Origin: Octopus sinensis
Taxonomy: Eukaryota
NCBI RefSeq assembly: GCF_006345805.1
Contig: NW_021831868.1
Span: 1 to 64,000, forward strand
Reading direction: 5' to 3'
DNA: 64,000 nt
A model generated the notes under the pieces. That model saw only the letters and a list, made by a program, of their open reading frames with translations. It was not told the DNA's origin and searched no databases. The position numbers and the translations under genes are program-made. Positions 51,655 through 64,000 of the stretch are shown here, one piece after another (within the stretch, counting starts at the first letter, position 1; each line of letters opens with the position of its first letter).

Positions 51655-51810
51655 GTATGCCACAAGCCCAGAAAGAATGTAAGAGACGTCATGACAACGT
51701 AGCAAGGATTGTTCGTTGGACATTTTGCAACAAGTATGGAGTTGACAGAAAAAAAATGGGGACGAATATAAACCCGAAGGAATCATCGAAAATGATCATG
51801 CAAAGATCCT
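51655..51810 (+). mobile_element. R4/Dong-like LINE internal fragment (RHD motif)
   Basis: QAQKECKRRHDNVARIVRWTFCNKYGVDR, then after a frameshift EYKPEGIIENDHAKI. Confidence 0.8.
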
Positions 51811-51813
51811 ATA

Positions 51814-51852
<39 letters not shown>

Positions 51853-52110
51853 TGGTAGCTTCCGCAAGGCATATGGTACTGGACACTGGCAGAAATAGAT
51901 TTTGTCTGTTGTTTGTGTACATGTATGTATCTTTTCATGTCGTTTATGGTGGCATGTAACCCTTGCACAACACTGTCCATGATGGAGGTTGTAGGTCGTC
52001 AGAAGGTGAGTCATCACAGAATGAATGATCCTGTAAATGGATGTCCCGTATATATATACTTGTGTGCGTGCTTGTGTGTATAAATATATAATACATATAT
52101 ACATATATAA

Positions 52111-52199
<89 letters not shown>

Positions 52200-52886
52200 T
52201 GTGAATCTAATCAAAAAATGGTAATAACATAGATTACTACCAGTGGCCCAGCATAAAAGACGAATTAGTTCATTAGACAAATATTATTCATATAGAAATA
52301 TAATTAAGGGCTCCTAAATAAGGATGCCAAGTGCTAGGGACACAAAAAAGGGATAAATTTATCGAGAGTGAAAATCAAAAACATTTACCATTAACGATAC
52401 ATCCCCGACGGATCAGTTTCTACCTCTTTCTAGCAAAACAGACAGAATGTGTTTGCTAAGGCCGGTTTCATATATATATATATATATATATACATACACA
52501 TAAGTATATACATACACATAAGTATATACATACACATAAGTATATACATTATACGAATGTGTCCATCTGTTCTAATTTAATTAAATTCTATGTCTTTGTG
52601 CAGCTAAAGATTGCTCCACATTTTAAACTGATATAATGATTGCATTGTTCAATTAAATGGAGTTGCATGAAACGATCATACTGCATTACCTTTGGATATC
52701 CTTGTTGCTTATTTTGATTTTAATCACCTTACTTTGAAATTGTATGGATAACACCGTACTAAATTTTGTTGCCTCAACTTAAGTACCTTAATCATCTGAA
52801 TCTAAATTTTTGCTGAACTCATCTACCATACCCAATATATATATACAGATACGAAGTCCAGGCAAATATCACCAGCCGACCGGTGT

Positions 52887-52944
52887 CTGCTACTCTAGGA
52901 CGATGAAGGACAATGATCCTGAAACACGGTGTCCCTAGATGCAG
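52887..52944 (+). ncRNA. Putative type I hammerhead ribozyme, core variant (ACGAUGA)
   Basis: Stem I tctagg/cctaga plus ctgc/gcag; stem II agga/tcct; GAAA; stem III ACAC-G-GTGT; GUC at 52931-52933. Confidence 0.6.
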
Positions 52945-53430
52945 TTCCGACGGCCAGGGGTGTTTATCTCCCCTTCATATATGTATATAAGGACACAGGG
53001 AAAAAATGTGTCGAAGCTGTCAGGAGGCGTTCGATGCCTCCTAGGGCTATACAACGGTGGTGTACCCCCTACTGTCACGTTCTTGTTAGATTGACAGTAT
53101 ACAACCATTCTATATATATATATAATATATGTATGTATGTATAATTCAAAAGAGTTTGAATTTGATTCCGTGCTACTTCATGTTTCGCACGCCCTTAACA
53201 GAGCCTGTCTCCTCAGGCATGCGTGGTATCCGAATGAACAGGAAGTTCCTGATGGCTATCGGTAGGTAGGCTGCAAGTGGTGAAGGAAAGCCACCCGTTG
53301 TCCCGATGGATAGTATTACTTAGTAAGCAACAAGAGTTACATGAATTCATATGGATAGAATGATGGATGGACATATGGTTGGATAGATAGACCAACAGAC
53401 AGAGAGAGAGAGAGAGGGAGAGAGAGAGAA

Positions 53431-53463
<33 letters not shown>

Positions 53464-53492
53464 TACAGACAGATAGTTAGATAGATAGATAT

Positions 53493-53865
<373 letters not shown>

Positions 53866-54018
53866 CCACATTGTATGCAAGTAGGTAACCCTATGTTTTC
53901 AATTTTCCGGGTTCATAGGATTAGGCTCAAGGTGGCTTCGTCATTCATACGTGCCATCTTTGCTACATTCACCCATCTGTTTTTTGAAACATTCGCTAGA
54001 CAAAAGATAGATAGATAA

Positions 54019-54091
<73 letters not shown>

Positions 54092-54309
54092 CAGACAGTC
54101 AGGCAGATAGACAGAGATAGATAGATAATCAGACAGACAGTGAGAGAGAGAGAGATACAGACAGACAGACAGAGATAACGTATATTCATATATACGTGTA
54201 GCTACACATATATGTAAAAGCACGTGGCTGGAAAATATATTTAAATTCGAAGTTTGTACTCTTCTGCTGTCATGCTCGTTTTTTAACGACTTAATAGATT
54301 TAGAAAATG

Positions 54310-54420
54310 TTAGAGACTTCACCTTATAGTTTGTGATAAAGAATTTTCTTCTTTTCTAACGTTGGAGCCTTGTATCTTTGTCAGGAACCAGCTCCTTCCA
54401 CAAAGAAAGAGTTTTAATAG
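54310..54420 (+). mobile_element. Probable Penelope-like element GIY-YIG C-terminal remnant
   Basis: With two frameshifts reads RDFTL/IVCDKEFSSFLTLE/ALYLCQEPAPSTKKEF*, like the F.I...LEALYI...P...Q.E tail of PLE ORFs; an HHR follows about 130 bp later. Confidence 0.45.
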
Positions 54421-54539
54421 TTAAAAAGCAAAACATACCTACCTACCTATCTTCATATATATATGGTTTGTCCGGTGTTACATATATCGGACGGGTATGT
54501 TTGATTCTTAGTACTTTCAAATGTAAATCAGAAGAAATT

Positions 54540-54602
54540 TCTGAGCTGATGAAGGAAATGTTGGCGTTTAATCCACTAATCCAGAAACAGGCTGTCCTCG
54601 GG
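54540..54602 (+). ncRNA. Putative type I hammerhead ribozyme with canonical core
   Basis: Stem I TCTGAG/CTCGGG, CTGATGA 54546-54552, stem II GGA/TCC after an A-A mismatch, GAAA 54584-54587, stem III ACAG-G-CTGT, GUC 54594-54596. Confidence 0.7.
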
Positions 54603-54819
54603 TGATCTCATATGGATGTGATCTTTCGTTGTTTTTTCCCTTATACCTATGTGTGTTATTTCTGAGTATGCATTGTCTGGGAGACTTTTTCTTGCAGTAG
54701 AAGAAATAGCCAAACTTTTGGCTGCTATTTCTAAAAATCTCGGTGTGTGGTAAAGTAAATAATTTTACTTTACCCTATTTTTATAAAGTATATATATATA
54801 TATATATATACATACATAC

Positions 54820-54850
<31 letters not shown>

Positions 54851-55747
54851 CATACATACATACATACATACATACATACATACATACATACATACATACA
54901 TACTTACGTACGTACGTACGTGCATTCTTACATCATTCACTACTTCCTAATAACTCGTTCAGGATGTTTCAACACAGCCTACTGCGGCGAATAGGGAGTT
55001 GAAAGATAGTAACCAAGTAGTAGGGAAATGATGAATTTAATTTAACTTCTTGTGCTACAATATAGAGCTTCCCTTAATGTAGCAAACGAAATATTGTATA
55101 ATATATATTTTTCAAGTTTTAATCTTTATGAATAAGCATTTCTACAGAAACCAATGATAGCATAAGGATTTAAATAGAAACACGTTAAAATGAGCTATAG
55201 TCGTCTCTGGTCTGTAGCTACTTCCAATTTTGTGTAACTTTCCACATATGTGATTCTACAGCACTGGTTTAAAAGGCTAAGGTCTGCCTTGAGGTCAGCA
55301 CTGGTTTAAAACGTTAAGGTCTGCCAACATTTACAGAGAAAACTAAGGAGGGCTATTCAAATGCTGTTAAAAAAATTATCCTTCAAACATACGTATGCTC
55401 TCAGAGACTCAGTAGGACGTCTCCCCACCAGACTCACCAAATATATCTGGTGTGTAAAGGATGATTACTATCCATTATAAAATACTGATTCGTTACAGAA
55501 CACGTATCCATATACATTAATAACTCTAGAAGATACCATTCTTGTTACCAGGAGAAAATATAATGACCATTTACAGCCTTTTTTAGACCCTTGCATCGAT
55601 ATTTCCTGAAACATGTCCAACTTCTAACTTGCTTAGATAGTTCAATTCCAGTATAATAGATTTGCAATTCTCTGAATCATTCTAACATAGTAAACACGTC
55701 TTATCTCCCCGTTCTCCCCAACCACTAAGCCAGACAACTTCTGTGTG

Positions 55748-55782
<35 letters not shown>

Positions 55783-56155
55783 ATTTAGTGCTTCTGTATC
55801 TCATTAATTCAGTCTGTCTTCCTATGTAAATGTTCAACCCCTCCATGCGTATCCATAACTAACTCTATGACATCGTCCACTCTCCCTCTCTTTCACTCTC
55901 TCTCTCTCTCTCTTTCTATATCAGACACTCTTCCTCTCCCTGTCCCTATCTATCTCTGTTTATCCCAATGTTCGTCTTTGTTTGGGTCCCTACATAGAGC
56001 TCACTTACAATCTATATCGATCAGCCTAATCAATACAGTATTGTTTCTTTATGCATAACTAACAAACTTCGTCGACATTACGAGGAATTCATACATACAT
56101 ACATACATACGTTTATGTATGTGTGTATAAGGGTGTAAAAGTATATATATGTACG

Positions 56156-56194
<39 letters not shown>

Positions 56195-56251
56195 ATGTTA
56201 TAAACATATATATATATATATCATTTTATATGTATAACATGTATGTGTATG

Positions 56252-56340
<89 letters not shown>

Positions 56341-57213
56341 CATATGTATATATACATATACATATATGTGTATGTGTTTGCGTATAATAGCATATAAGCA
56401 TTCGTGTTTCCGTGGTAGTATATTTATATAAGCATGTATATACGTACATAAACATATACATACACATCTAAACGCACAGAAACAGCATGTGCGTGCGTTT
56501 GCGTATAAAATTATATATTCCATTTTTACTTGCGACGGTTGTTGTGATGGCGTGTGTACAGTCGCTACAACACCGCGTCATTATTGCACTTTAGCTGAAG
56601 AGAATTTTAATCAATAAAAAAGGGAGGATTTTTATTATTCGTTATCGTTGTTGTCTGGTTAAACCATTCATTGGTTTCAATCCTACTGCGCAGTACTTTC
56701 TAGGCTTGTATTTTTCTACAATATTCAACGCGTGCTTCGCAAGCACGCACCGGTTTCAATTCTACTGCGTGGTAGTTTAGACAGAGTTAAGCAACTAAGT
56801 TTGTGTTTCCCGTGTATCACGTAATGCCTGGTTTGAAATCGCTGTGTTGAACTTCGATCATGTGTCTCTTATCACAATCTCAGCTTGTGGTCGAACATAC
56901 TGCACGGTTTCTTGAGCTGATGTCTTCTCTCATAGCATACGTTAGATCTATATTCACCACGCCACGGTTTCCATTTCAATTCACAGAATCCTCAACAAGA
57001 CTTTTGTATCATTATCTCAGTTCACTTTGCAGCTACGTGGAACCAGGTTTCTTTTTACAATGATGAACTTTTTGTAGGGTCTTTTTCTACTGTAACTTCA
57101 GGACAGTAAAGTTATGTAAGTTCAAGAGGCTGGAGATCGTTGCGGAATTCTATCAAATCGATCTCACCTTATTTCAAGGTAAAAAAAAAAAAAAATTTAA
57201 CCCATCCCTCATT

Positions 57214-57413
57214 TTAACATTTGAACAGATGATAGTCAGAATTCGCCAAATCGGGAGAATAGCGAAGGTGATCCATCAGTTCAAAGCCGCTGTCACGCAC
57301 AGCAACCATGGAAAGCAAAAGCTTGTGTACTGGAGCATTATCCTGATGTAACAAGATCTTGTTTGTCAGTTTTCCTGGGCCTTTGGTGTTGATAGCCTTC
57401 CGTAACTGCCTTA
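57214..57413 (-). mobile_element. Mariner transposase fragment (catalytic region, pseudogenised)
   Basis: LRQLRKAINTKGPGKLTNKILLHQDNAPVHKLLLSMVAVRDSGFELMDHLRYSPDLANSDYHLFKC*: DNAP.H and YSPDLA.SD motifs. Confidence 0.9.
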
Positions 57414-57420
57414 GAATTTT

Positions 57421-57609
57421 GGCCGTGCTAACGATTCTGCCAGTACGCCACCTTATAATTTGTCCAGTGTTTCGAATTTTGGCAGAAGGCCAGCAATTTC
57501 GGAGCAGGTATTAAGTCGATTTTGTCGTCCAAGTACTCAACTGGTACTTACATTATTGACCCCAAAAGGATGAATGACAAAGTCAACCACAGTAGAATTT
57601 GAACTCAAC
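57421..57609 (-). mobile_element. Two decayed SINE family A pieces
   Basis: gtgctaacgattctgccagtacgccacctt (head); ctggtacttacattattgaccccaaaaggatgaatgacaaagtc (body). Confidence 0.75.
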
Positions 57610-58384
57610 ATATAAACTAAATATTTTGAATTTAAGAAGAAGGAGGAGGAGGAGGAGAAGAAGAAGAAGGAGAAGAAGAAGAAGAAGAAGAAGAAGAAGA
57701 AGAAGACAACAGCATAACAGAGACAACAACAGTGATAGCATTATGACATTATCAACAACTGACTGTACCATCGGTATTAACATACCACAGCAGTAATGAC
57801 ATCAATATCATCAATTGCAACAACAACGATACCACCAATAACAGCAACAACAACAACGTTAGCAACACCAGTCACAACCCTAACAAGAACAACAACAGCA
57901 ACAACAGAAACAACACCAACAACAACAACAACAATACTATCAATAACAACACAACGGCAATAACAACAGTAAAGATAGCATCAGTAACGACACAATAGCA
58001 ACAACGTTAGCAACACCAAGTCACAGCAGTAACAACAACAGCAACAATAGCATTCACCAACATAACACGACGCACTAGTAATAACAATAACACTGAGGAG
58101 TAACAAATAATAAACGAGAACGGAGGCGCAAGGGGTGGAGATGGGTGCGGGTGGCGGTAAGAGGAGACGGTAGAGAACGGCGGTAGTGGTAGTAGGAGAG
58201 GTAGCAGCAGGGTGAATGCGGTGGTTGTGGAGGTGGTGATGGTGGTGGTGGTGGTTCTGGTGCTGGATACGCTAGGGTGTTGTTGCTGTAGATGTCTTAA
58301 TTAATATTGACACACATCAAGGGAGGAGAGAGACACACATCAAAGCTGGCACCGGCGGACACAACGCTGTGGTAACAACACGTC

Positions 58385-58460
58385 CATCATCATCATCATC
58401 ATCGTCGTCATCGTCGTCGTCGTCGTCATCGTCGTCGTCGTCATCATGATCATCATCATG

Positions 58461-58498
<38 letters not shown>

Positions 58499-58612
58499 TA
58501 TCGCCATAATTATCGTCATCATTATCGTGATCACCACCACCACCACCACCATCAATATGATCATCCTCGTCATGATCATGATTGCGACTTTTATCATGAC
58601 TGCCGTCATCAC

Positions 58613-58654
<42 letters not shown>

Positions 58655-58786
58655 CATCATCGTCGTCGTCATTGTCGTCGTTGTCGCAATCATCATCACC
58701 TTGTCCATCAATGCCAGTATCAGCAACACCACCACCACTATCATCATCATCATCATCATCGTCATCATCATCACCATCATCATTAC

Positions 58787-58846
<60 letters not shown>

Positions 58847-58873
58847 TACCATCATCATCACCATCATCATTAC

Positions 58874-58911
<38 letters not shown>

Positions 58912-58990
58912 CCAGCATCACCAACACCATCACCGCCACCAACACCACCACCTCCACTAACAACAACAACAACAACAACAACGAGCATAA
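58385..58990. repeat. (CAT)n/(CGT)n microsatellite array
   Basis: Source of the 200-260 aa poly-D, poly-I, poly-M and poly-S ORFs. Confidence 0.9.
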
Positions 58991-59685
58991 CCACCAGCAC
59001 ATTCAGGAACAACCAACACAACAAACAACAATCATTTCTCGTCGCCATCCCCAGCGCCATTCCTCTCATTAGCATTACCAACGCTACTAGCACCTATACA
59101 CTAGTCGACACCAACTTCCACCACCAATACCATTTACCTAAACTAACACCACCATCACCACCACTACCACTGTCAACACCACTACAGCCCAGACTATTAC
59201 TACCGACACCAACACCGAAAACGCTACCATTATCAACACCACTACTGCAGCCTGCGCTACAATCAATGTTGACAGACGCAACACCGCAACGACTAATGTT
59301 ACTGGCCCTTAAGCAACAAAACCAACTTTTGTGTTATCACCTATGTCGAAACTGTCATACCGCCGTGACTAAAACCATTACAGCAACTCCATACCAATAG
59401 AACTATATTCGTCGTTGTCATCATCATTATCATCACCACCACCATCATTGCCATCATCATCAGCAGCAGCAGCAACAGCATCATTGCCGTCATCATCATC
59501 ATCATCACTACCATCACTGTCGTCATCATCATCATCATCATTATCATCACCCAACACTGTCATCACCATCGTCGCTGACGTCGTCACCATCACATCATCA
59601 ACATCATCATCATCACCATCAACAGCGTCATCATCAGCATTAAGATCTCTTACCTCTGCCTCATCATCATCATCAACACTATTTT

Positions 59686-60067
59686 TGGAAGCACTCCGTC
59701 GGTTACGACGACGAGGGTTCCGGTTGATCCGATCAACGGAACATCCTGCTCGTGAAATTAACGTGTAAGTGGCTGAGCACTCCACAGACACGTGTACCCT
59801 TAACGTAGTTCTCAGGGATATTCAGCGTGACATAGAGAGTGACAAGGCCGGCCCCTTGAAATACAGGTGCAACAGAAACAGGAAGTAAGAGTGAGAGAAA
59901 GTTGTGTTGAAAGAGTACAGCAGGGATCACCACCATCCCCTGCCGGAGCCTCGTGAAGCTTTAGGTGTTTTCGCTCAATAAACACTCACAACGCCCGGTC
60001 TGGGAATCGAAACCGCGATCCTATGACCGCGAGTCCGCTGCCCTAACCACTGGGCCATTGCGCCTCC
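59686..60067 (-). mobile_element. SINE family B, full length (382 bp) with 10-bp TSD
   Basis: tcaacactat at 59673-59682 and 60071-60080; intact A and B boxes. Confidence 0.95.
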
Positions 60068-60784
60068 ACTTCAACACTATACTCTTCAACCTCATCATCA
60101 TCATCAATACTATAATCTTCCCTCTCATTATCATCATCATCTTCATCATCATCATCATTCTCATCACCATCATCGTTATCATAATCACTAACATCATCAT
60201 CACATCATCACGATCGTCATCCTCATTAACATCATCGTCATCCTCCTCCTCCTCCTCTCCCCCCCCCTCATCATCATCATCATCATCATCACCCACTACA
60301 ACAACAACAGCAACAACAATGATAAAAACGATTCCAGCAACAGTTTAATAATAATATTAAGAACAATACGATACTACCACTACATCCGCAATTAGTATAC
60401 TAATCCATTAGTGGCTATCACCACCCATGTCGATAACGCCATTGCTAATATTCCTACCGCCATTACTATCACCATTGCTGATAGCCATGTCATTCGGACT
60501 GTAACCCCATCCCACCAGCCCCACGACCATCCACCAAAACTAAGACCTTAGCTTTCACACCTGTGTCGAAACCACCACTTATACTCTCACCAACACCACC
60601 ACCGCCGCCGCCGCCGCCGCCGCTGCCGCCAGTTTCAGGTGACTATAGTAACACCAAAATTATCACCAAAAGCTAAGCTTTAACAAAGAGCCGTTACCGA
60701 AAATTACTAATGACGGCGACCACCACCACTGACACTTCGACAACTAACTTTAACTCAGTCACTAACGTTACTTAAGTGACTAAT

Positions 60785-60814
60785 ATATCATCATCATCAT
60801 CATCATCATCATCA

Positions 60815-60848
<34 letters not shown>

Positions 60849-61012
60849 CATCATCACCGACACCATCTTCATCATCATCAGCAGCAGCATCACGAGCATC
60901 ACCAAATCAGCATTATCATCATCATCATCCTCATAATCACCATCATCAACATCAACATCACCACCACCACCACCATCGTTATCATCAGCAGCTGAACCAG
61001 CAACACCACCAC

Positions 61013-61046
<34 letters not shown>

Positions 61047-61260
61047 GTCGTCATCGTCATCATCATCATAATAATAACCATCATCATCATCATCATCATC
61101 ACCATCATCATCATAACCACCACCGCCACTACCACCAACACCACCACCATCATCATCATCATCATCATTGTTGACGTCGTCTTCGTTATTGTCATCATCA
61201 TCATCACCATCGCCATCATGATCGTCGTCATCATCAGAACTGTCAACACCTCGGCCATCA
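60785..61260. repeat. (CAT)n/(CAC)n compound microsatellite
   Basis: Direct inspection. Confidence 0.9.
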
Positions 61261-61698
61261 CAGCCTCCTCCTCCTCCTCCTCCTCTCCTCCACATACTTC
61301 CGCGCTACCATTATACCATCACCAACATCAACGCCACCACAAATGATCACCACTAACAACAACAACAACAACAGCAACAACAACAACAACAGCACTATAT
61401 ATTGAGTCAGACACGTGACATACAAATTAAAACCTGGTCCGTTCCGATATTGGATTTCAATAAGACTCTCCATTTTGAACAAATTTAGAGATTATTCTTA
61501 CAATTAATTCTTTTTGACAGCCAGAACATCCTTACAGACGCATTTCCTCACTTTTTCACACTATTCACTTCCTTTCCTTCCTTTTTTATCCCTCTACCTC
61601 CTCCCCTCCTCATCCTCCCCCTCCTCCGCTTCCCCCTCCGCCTCCTTCGTTTTTCTTTCATGTGTCAATTGTGCCTATGCACCCCTGTATATATATAC

Positions 61699-61740
<42 letters not shown>

Positions 61741-61984
61741 GTGTGTGTGGTGTTTGTGTGTGTGTGTTATAAATATATATATACTGTATATGTATATGTG
61801 TGTGTGTGTGTATTTGTGTGTTGGCATATCATTTATATTCTTTTATCTGTACTTTTATGTAAAATAAAAAAGCAAATCATTTGAAGAATTGCAGAATGTC
61901 TTTATACAGAGAATCACTTTTATTTCGAAGGAAGAAACGGTTGACTGTGACTTCGAAGTTTCGATTTACAACATTTACGCAGGC

Positions 61985-62176
61985 ATGCAGGCTGGTAGAA
62001 TCGTTGGTACGCCAGGCGAAAAGCTGTGCGCTGTTTCGTCCGTGTTTACGTTCTGAGTTCAAATTCCCCCGAGGTCGACTTTGCCTTTCATCCTTTCGGA
62101 GTCGATAAATTAAGTACCAGTTTAGTAATGGGGTCGATCTAAAAATGTCGGGCCTTGAGCCTAAAGTAGAAAAGAA
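61985..62176 (+). mobile_element. SINE family A monomer, alternative tail
   Basis: gttctgagttcaaattcccccgaggtcgactttgcctttcatcctttcgg...gggccttgagcctaaagtagaaaag. Confidence 0.88.
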
Positions 62177-62262
62177 TACAATAAGTACCAGTTAAGGACT
62201 GAGGCGATGTAGTCCTCTTAATTAATACCGAGTAAGAGTATAAAAACTGCAAGCCTCTTCTT

Positions 62263-62540
62263 TGAGAGCGGACTTGGTGGACGGAAACTTAAAGAGGCCT
62301 GTCGTTTATATATGTGTGTGCGTGCAGGTGTGTATTTGTGTGTCTGTGTTTGTCCCGCCATCATCGCTTGACAACCGATGTTGGCGAGGTTACGTCCTTG
62401 TATCCTAGCGGTTCGACAAAAGTGACAGATAGCATAAGTACTAGGTTTACAAAGAATAAGTCCTGAGGTTGATTTGTTCGACTAAAGGTGGTGTTCCAAC
62501 ATGGCCGTAGTCAAATGACTGAAAGAAGTAAAAGAAAATA
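62263..62540 (+). mobile_element. SINE family C, 5'-truncated
   Basis: ggacggaaacttaaagaggcctgtcg...catggccgtagtcaaatgactgaaagaagtaaaag. Confidence 0.88.
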
Positions 62541-62559
62541 AATATGTATGTATGTATAC

Positions 62560-62628
<69 letters not shown>

Positions 62629-62642
62629 ATATACATCTATCT

Positions 62643-62860
62643 CTTTTTACTCTTTTACTCTTTAACTTGTTTCAGTCATTTGACTGCGGCCATGCTGGAG
62701 CACCGCCTTTAGTCGAGCAAATCGACCCCGGGACTTATTCTTTGTAAGCCTAGTACTTATTCTATCGGTCTCTTTTGCCGAACCGCTAAGTGACGGGGAC
62801 GTAAACATACCAGCATCGGTTTGTCAAGTAATGCTAGGTGGACAAAAACAGACACACAAA

Positions 62861-62895
<35 letters not shown>

Positions 62896-63045
62896 CACAT
62901 ATATACGACAGGCTTCTTTGAGTTTCCGTCTACCAAATCCACTCACAAGGCATTGGTCAGCCCGGGGCTATAGCAGAAAACACTTGCCCAAGATGCCACG
63001 CAGGGGACTGAACCCGGAACCATGTGGTTGGTTAGCAAGCTACTT
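62643..63045 (-). mobile_element. SINE family C, near full length
   Basis: ttttactcttttactc...gactgaacccggaaccatgtggttggttagcaagctac. Confidence 0.92.
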
Positions 63046-63273
63046 ATATATATATATATTTATTTATTTACTCACGGTCACACATGCATTGTGGATATAG
63101 TTTGTCGAAGTGCCCATTTCCTACGGGACATCGTCCGGGGAAAGCTCCCTACACGATGCCCACGCTATCCCCTTGCAAATGGGTGCTTAACTTAAACAAA
63201 ACACACACAAAGTGCATGTGCGACTGATAAAGTTTACACTTACTAAACGTACTCTTAATTCGTAATTCAGTAG

Positions 63274-63312
<39 letters not shown>

Positions 63313-63313
63313 A

Positions 63314-63364
<51 letters not shown>

Positions 63365-63871
63365 ATATGTGCTATGTATATAATATGCACATACGCATAC
63401 ACACAAATGAGCAGAAAGTCAAGGAGAGACAAGAACCGAAGTAGGAGAAGCGCGATATGGTGATTAATAATGTTGATTCTCAATCCATCGGTACAGGTGC
63501 GATCAAATTTCTGTCATACCTTTGTGTGAATGTAATTGCATTGACTGTAATTCTAAGATTTCGTTAGACGCAAATAAACATGTGATTCTGTACTTTAAGC
63601 CTTGTGTAGTATCTTTGCTTTTTCAGTGACTTCAAAAAGACAGTGCACTGTTATTGTAAATACATTAGCTATGTTTTCGTTTTCTTTGTTGTTGTGGAGT
63701 GGTTCAGGATGTGAGGTTTCTAACTAAAATTAAAATATACTGCCTCGAAGAAATATTCTATGGTGGTTCTCTTCCTGATGTCCTATGGAGTGTCGATAAA
63801 ATGAGAAAACAATGTGGCCTTTTCGCGTTTTGTGTAGGTTTCAAAGAAATTATACCTTGATATTCTCCGCC

Positions 63872-64000
63872 GGAGTGGCTATGTGGTAAGTAGCTTGCTT
63901 ACCAACCACATGGTTCCGGGTTCAGTCCCACTGCGTGGCACCTGGGGTTAGGTATCTACTATAGCCTCGGGCCAACCAAAGCCTTGTGAGGGATTTGGTA
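63872..64000 (+). mobile_element. SINE family C head (runs off the window)
   Basis: ggagtggctatgtggtaagtagcttgcttaccaaccacatggttccgggttcagtcccactgcgtgg. Confidence 0.92.

Noticed and set aside
51930-52040. Strong donor aag|GTGAGT at about 52007
   Set aside because: Only an 11-nt candidate exon with a weak acceptor; the surroundings look more like a decayed RTE-type LINE (W..HVT...GRQK), which is too degenerate to call
53019-53045. Hairpin aggaggc-GTTCGAT-gcctcct resembling a tRNA T-arm
   Set aside because: Pairing register does not fit the tRNA G53-C61 geometry and there are no other tRNA arms
54700-54732. Hairpin agaaatagccaaa/tttggctgctatttct
   Set aside because: A small local foldback in an old repeat; no further evidence of function
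58317-59791. ORFs of 200-258 aa (poly-D, poly-I, poly-S)
   Set aside because: (CAT)n translations
59990-60067. tRNA-Arg-like sequence (also at 33660, 34908 and 35509)
   Set aside because: Has A and B boxes but no closing acceptor stem and continues into a SINE body; these are SINE heads, not tRNA genes

Overview
Eukaryotic, repeat-saturated, largely non-coding DNA. The SINE families and the very high density of (AT)n, (CA)n, (CATA)n, (TAGA)n, (AAT)n, (CAT)n and (CAC)n microsatellites point to an octopus (cephalopod) genome; this is recognised from memory of these repeats, not from a database search. No host protein-coding gene can be supported, and almost all listed ORFs are translations of microsatellites. 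Coding-derived sequence is limited to decayed fragments: RLE-type (R4/Dong-like) LINEs, CR1/L2-group LINE 3' ends, two mariner transposase pieces and a probable Penelope-like (PLE) GIY-YIG tail. At least four tRNA-headed SINE families, two non-autonomous Helitrons, small MITEs and two microsatellite-bounded tandem duplications are also present. The most interesting signal is a set of hammerhead-ribozyme (HHR) motifs: an intact-core type I HHR at 54540-54602, a fully paired core-variant at 52887-52944, a decayed one at 33950-34018, and a tRNA-headed SINE with half an HHR at 28183-28435 whose missing half lies inverted about 330 bp upstream. All have palindromic minimal stems III, suggesting dimer-dependent cleavage. 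A second notable system is a SINE that recurs as exact 184-bp head-to-tail multimers (2-5 units) inside single long target-site duplications. Its tail matches a LINE 3' end that is also present in the window.
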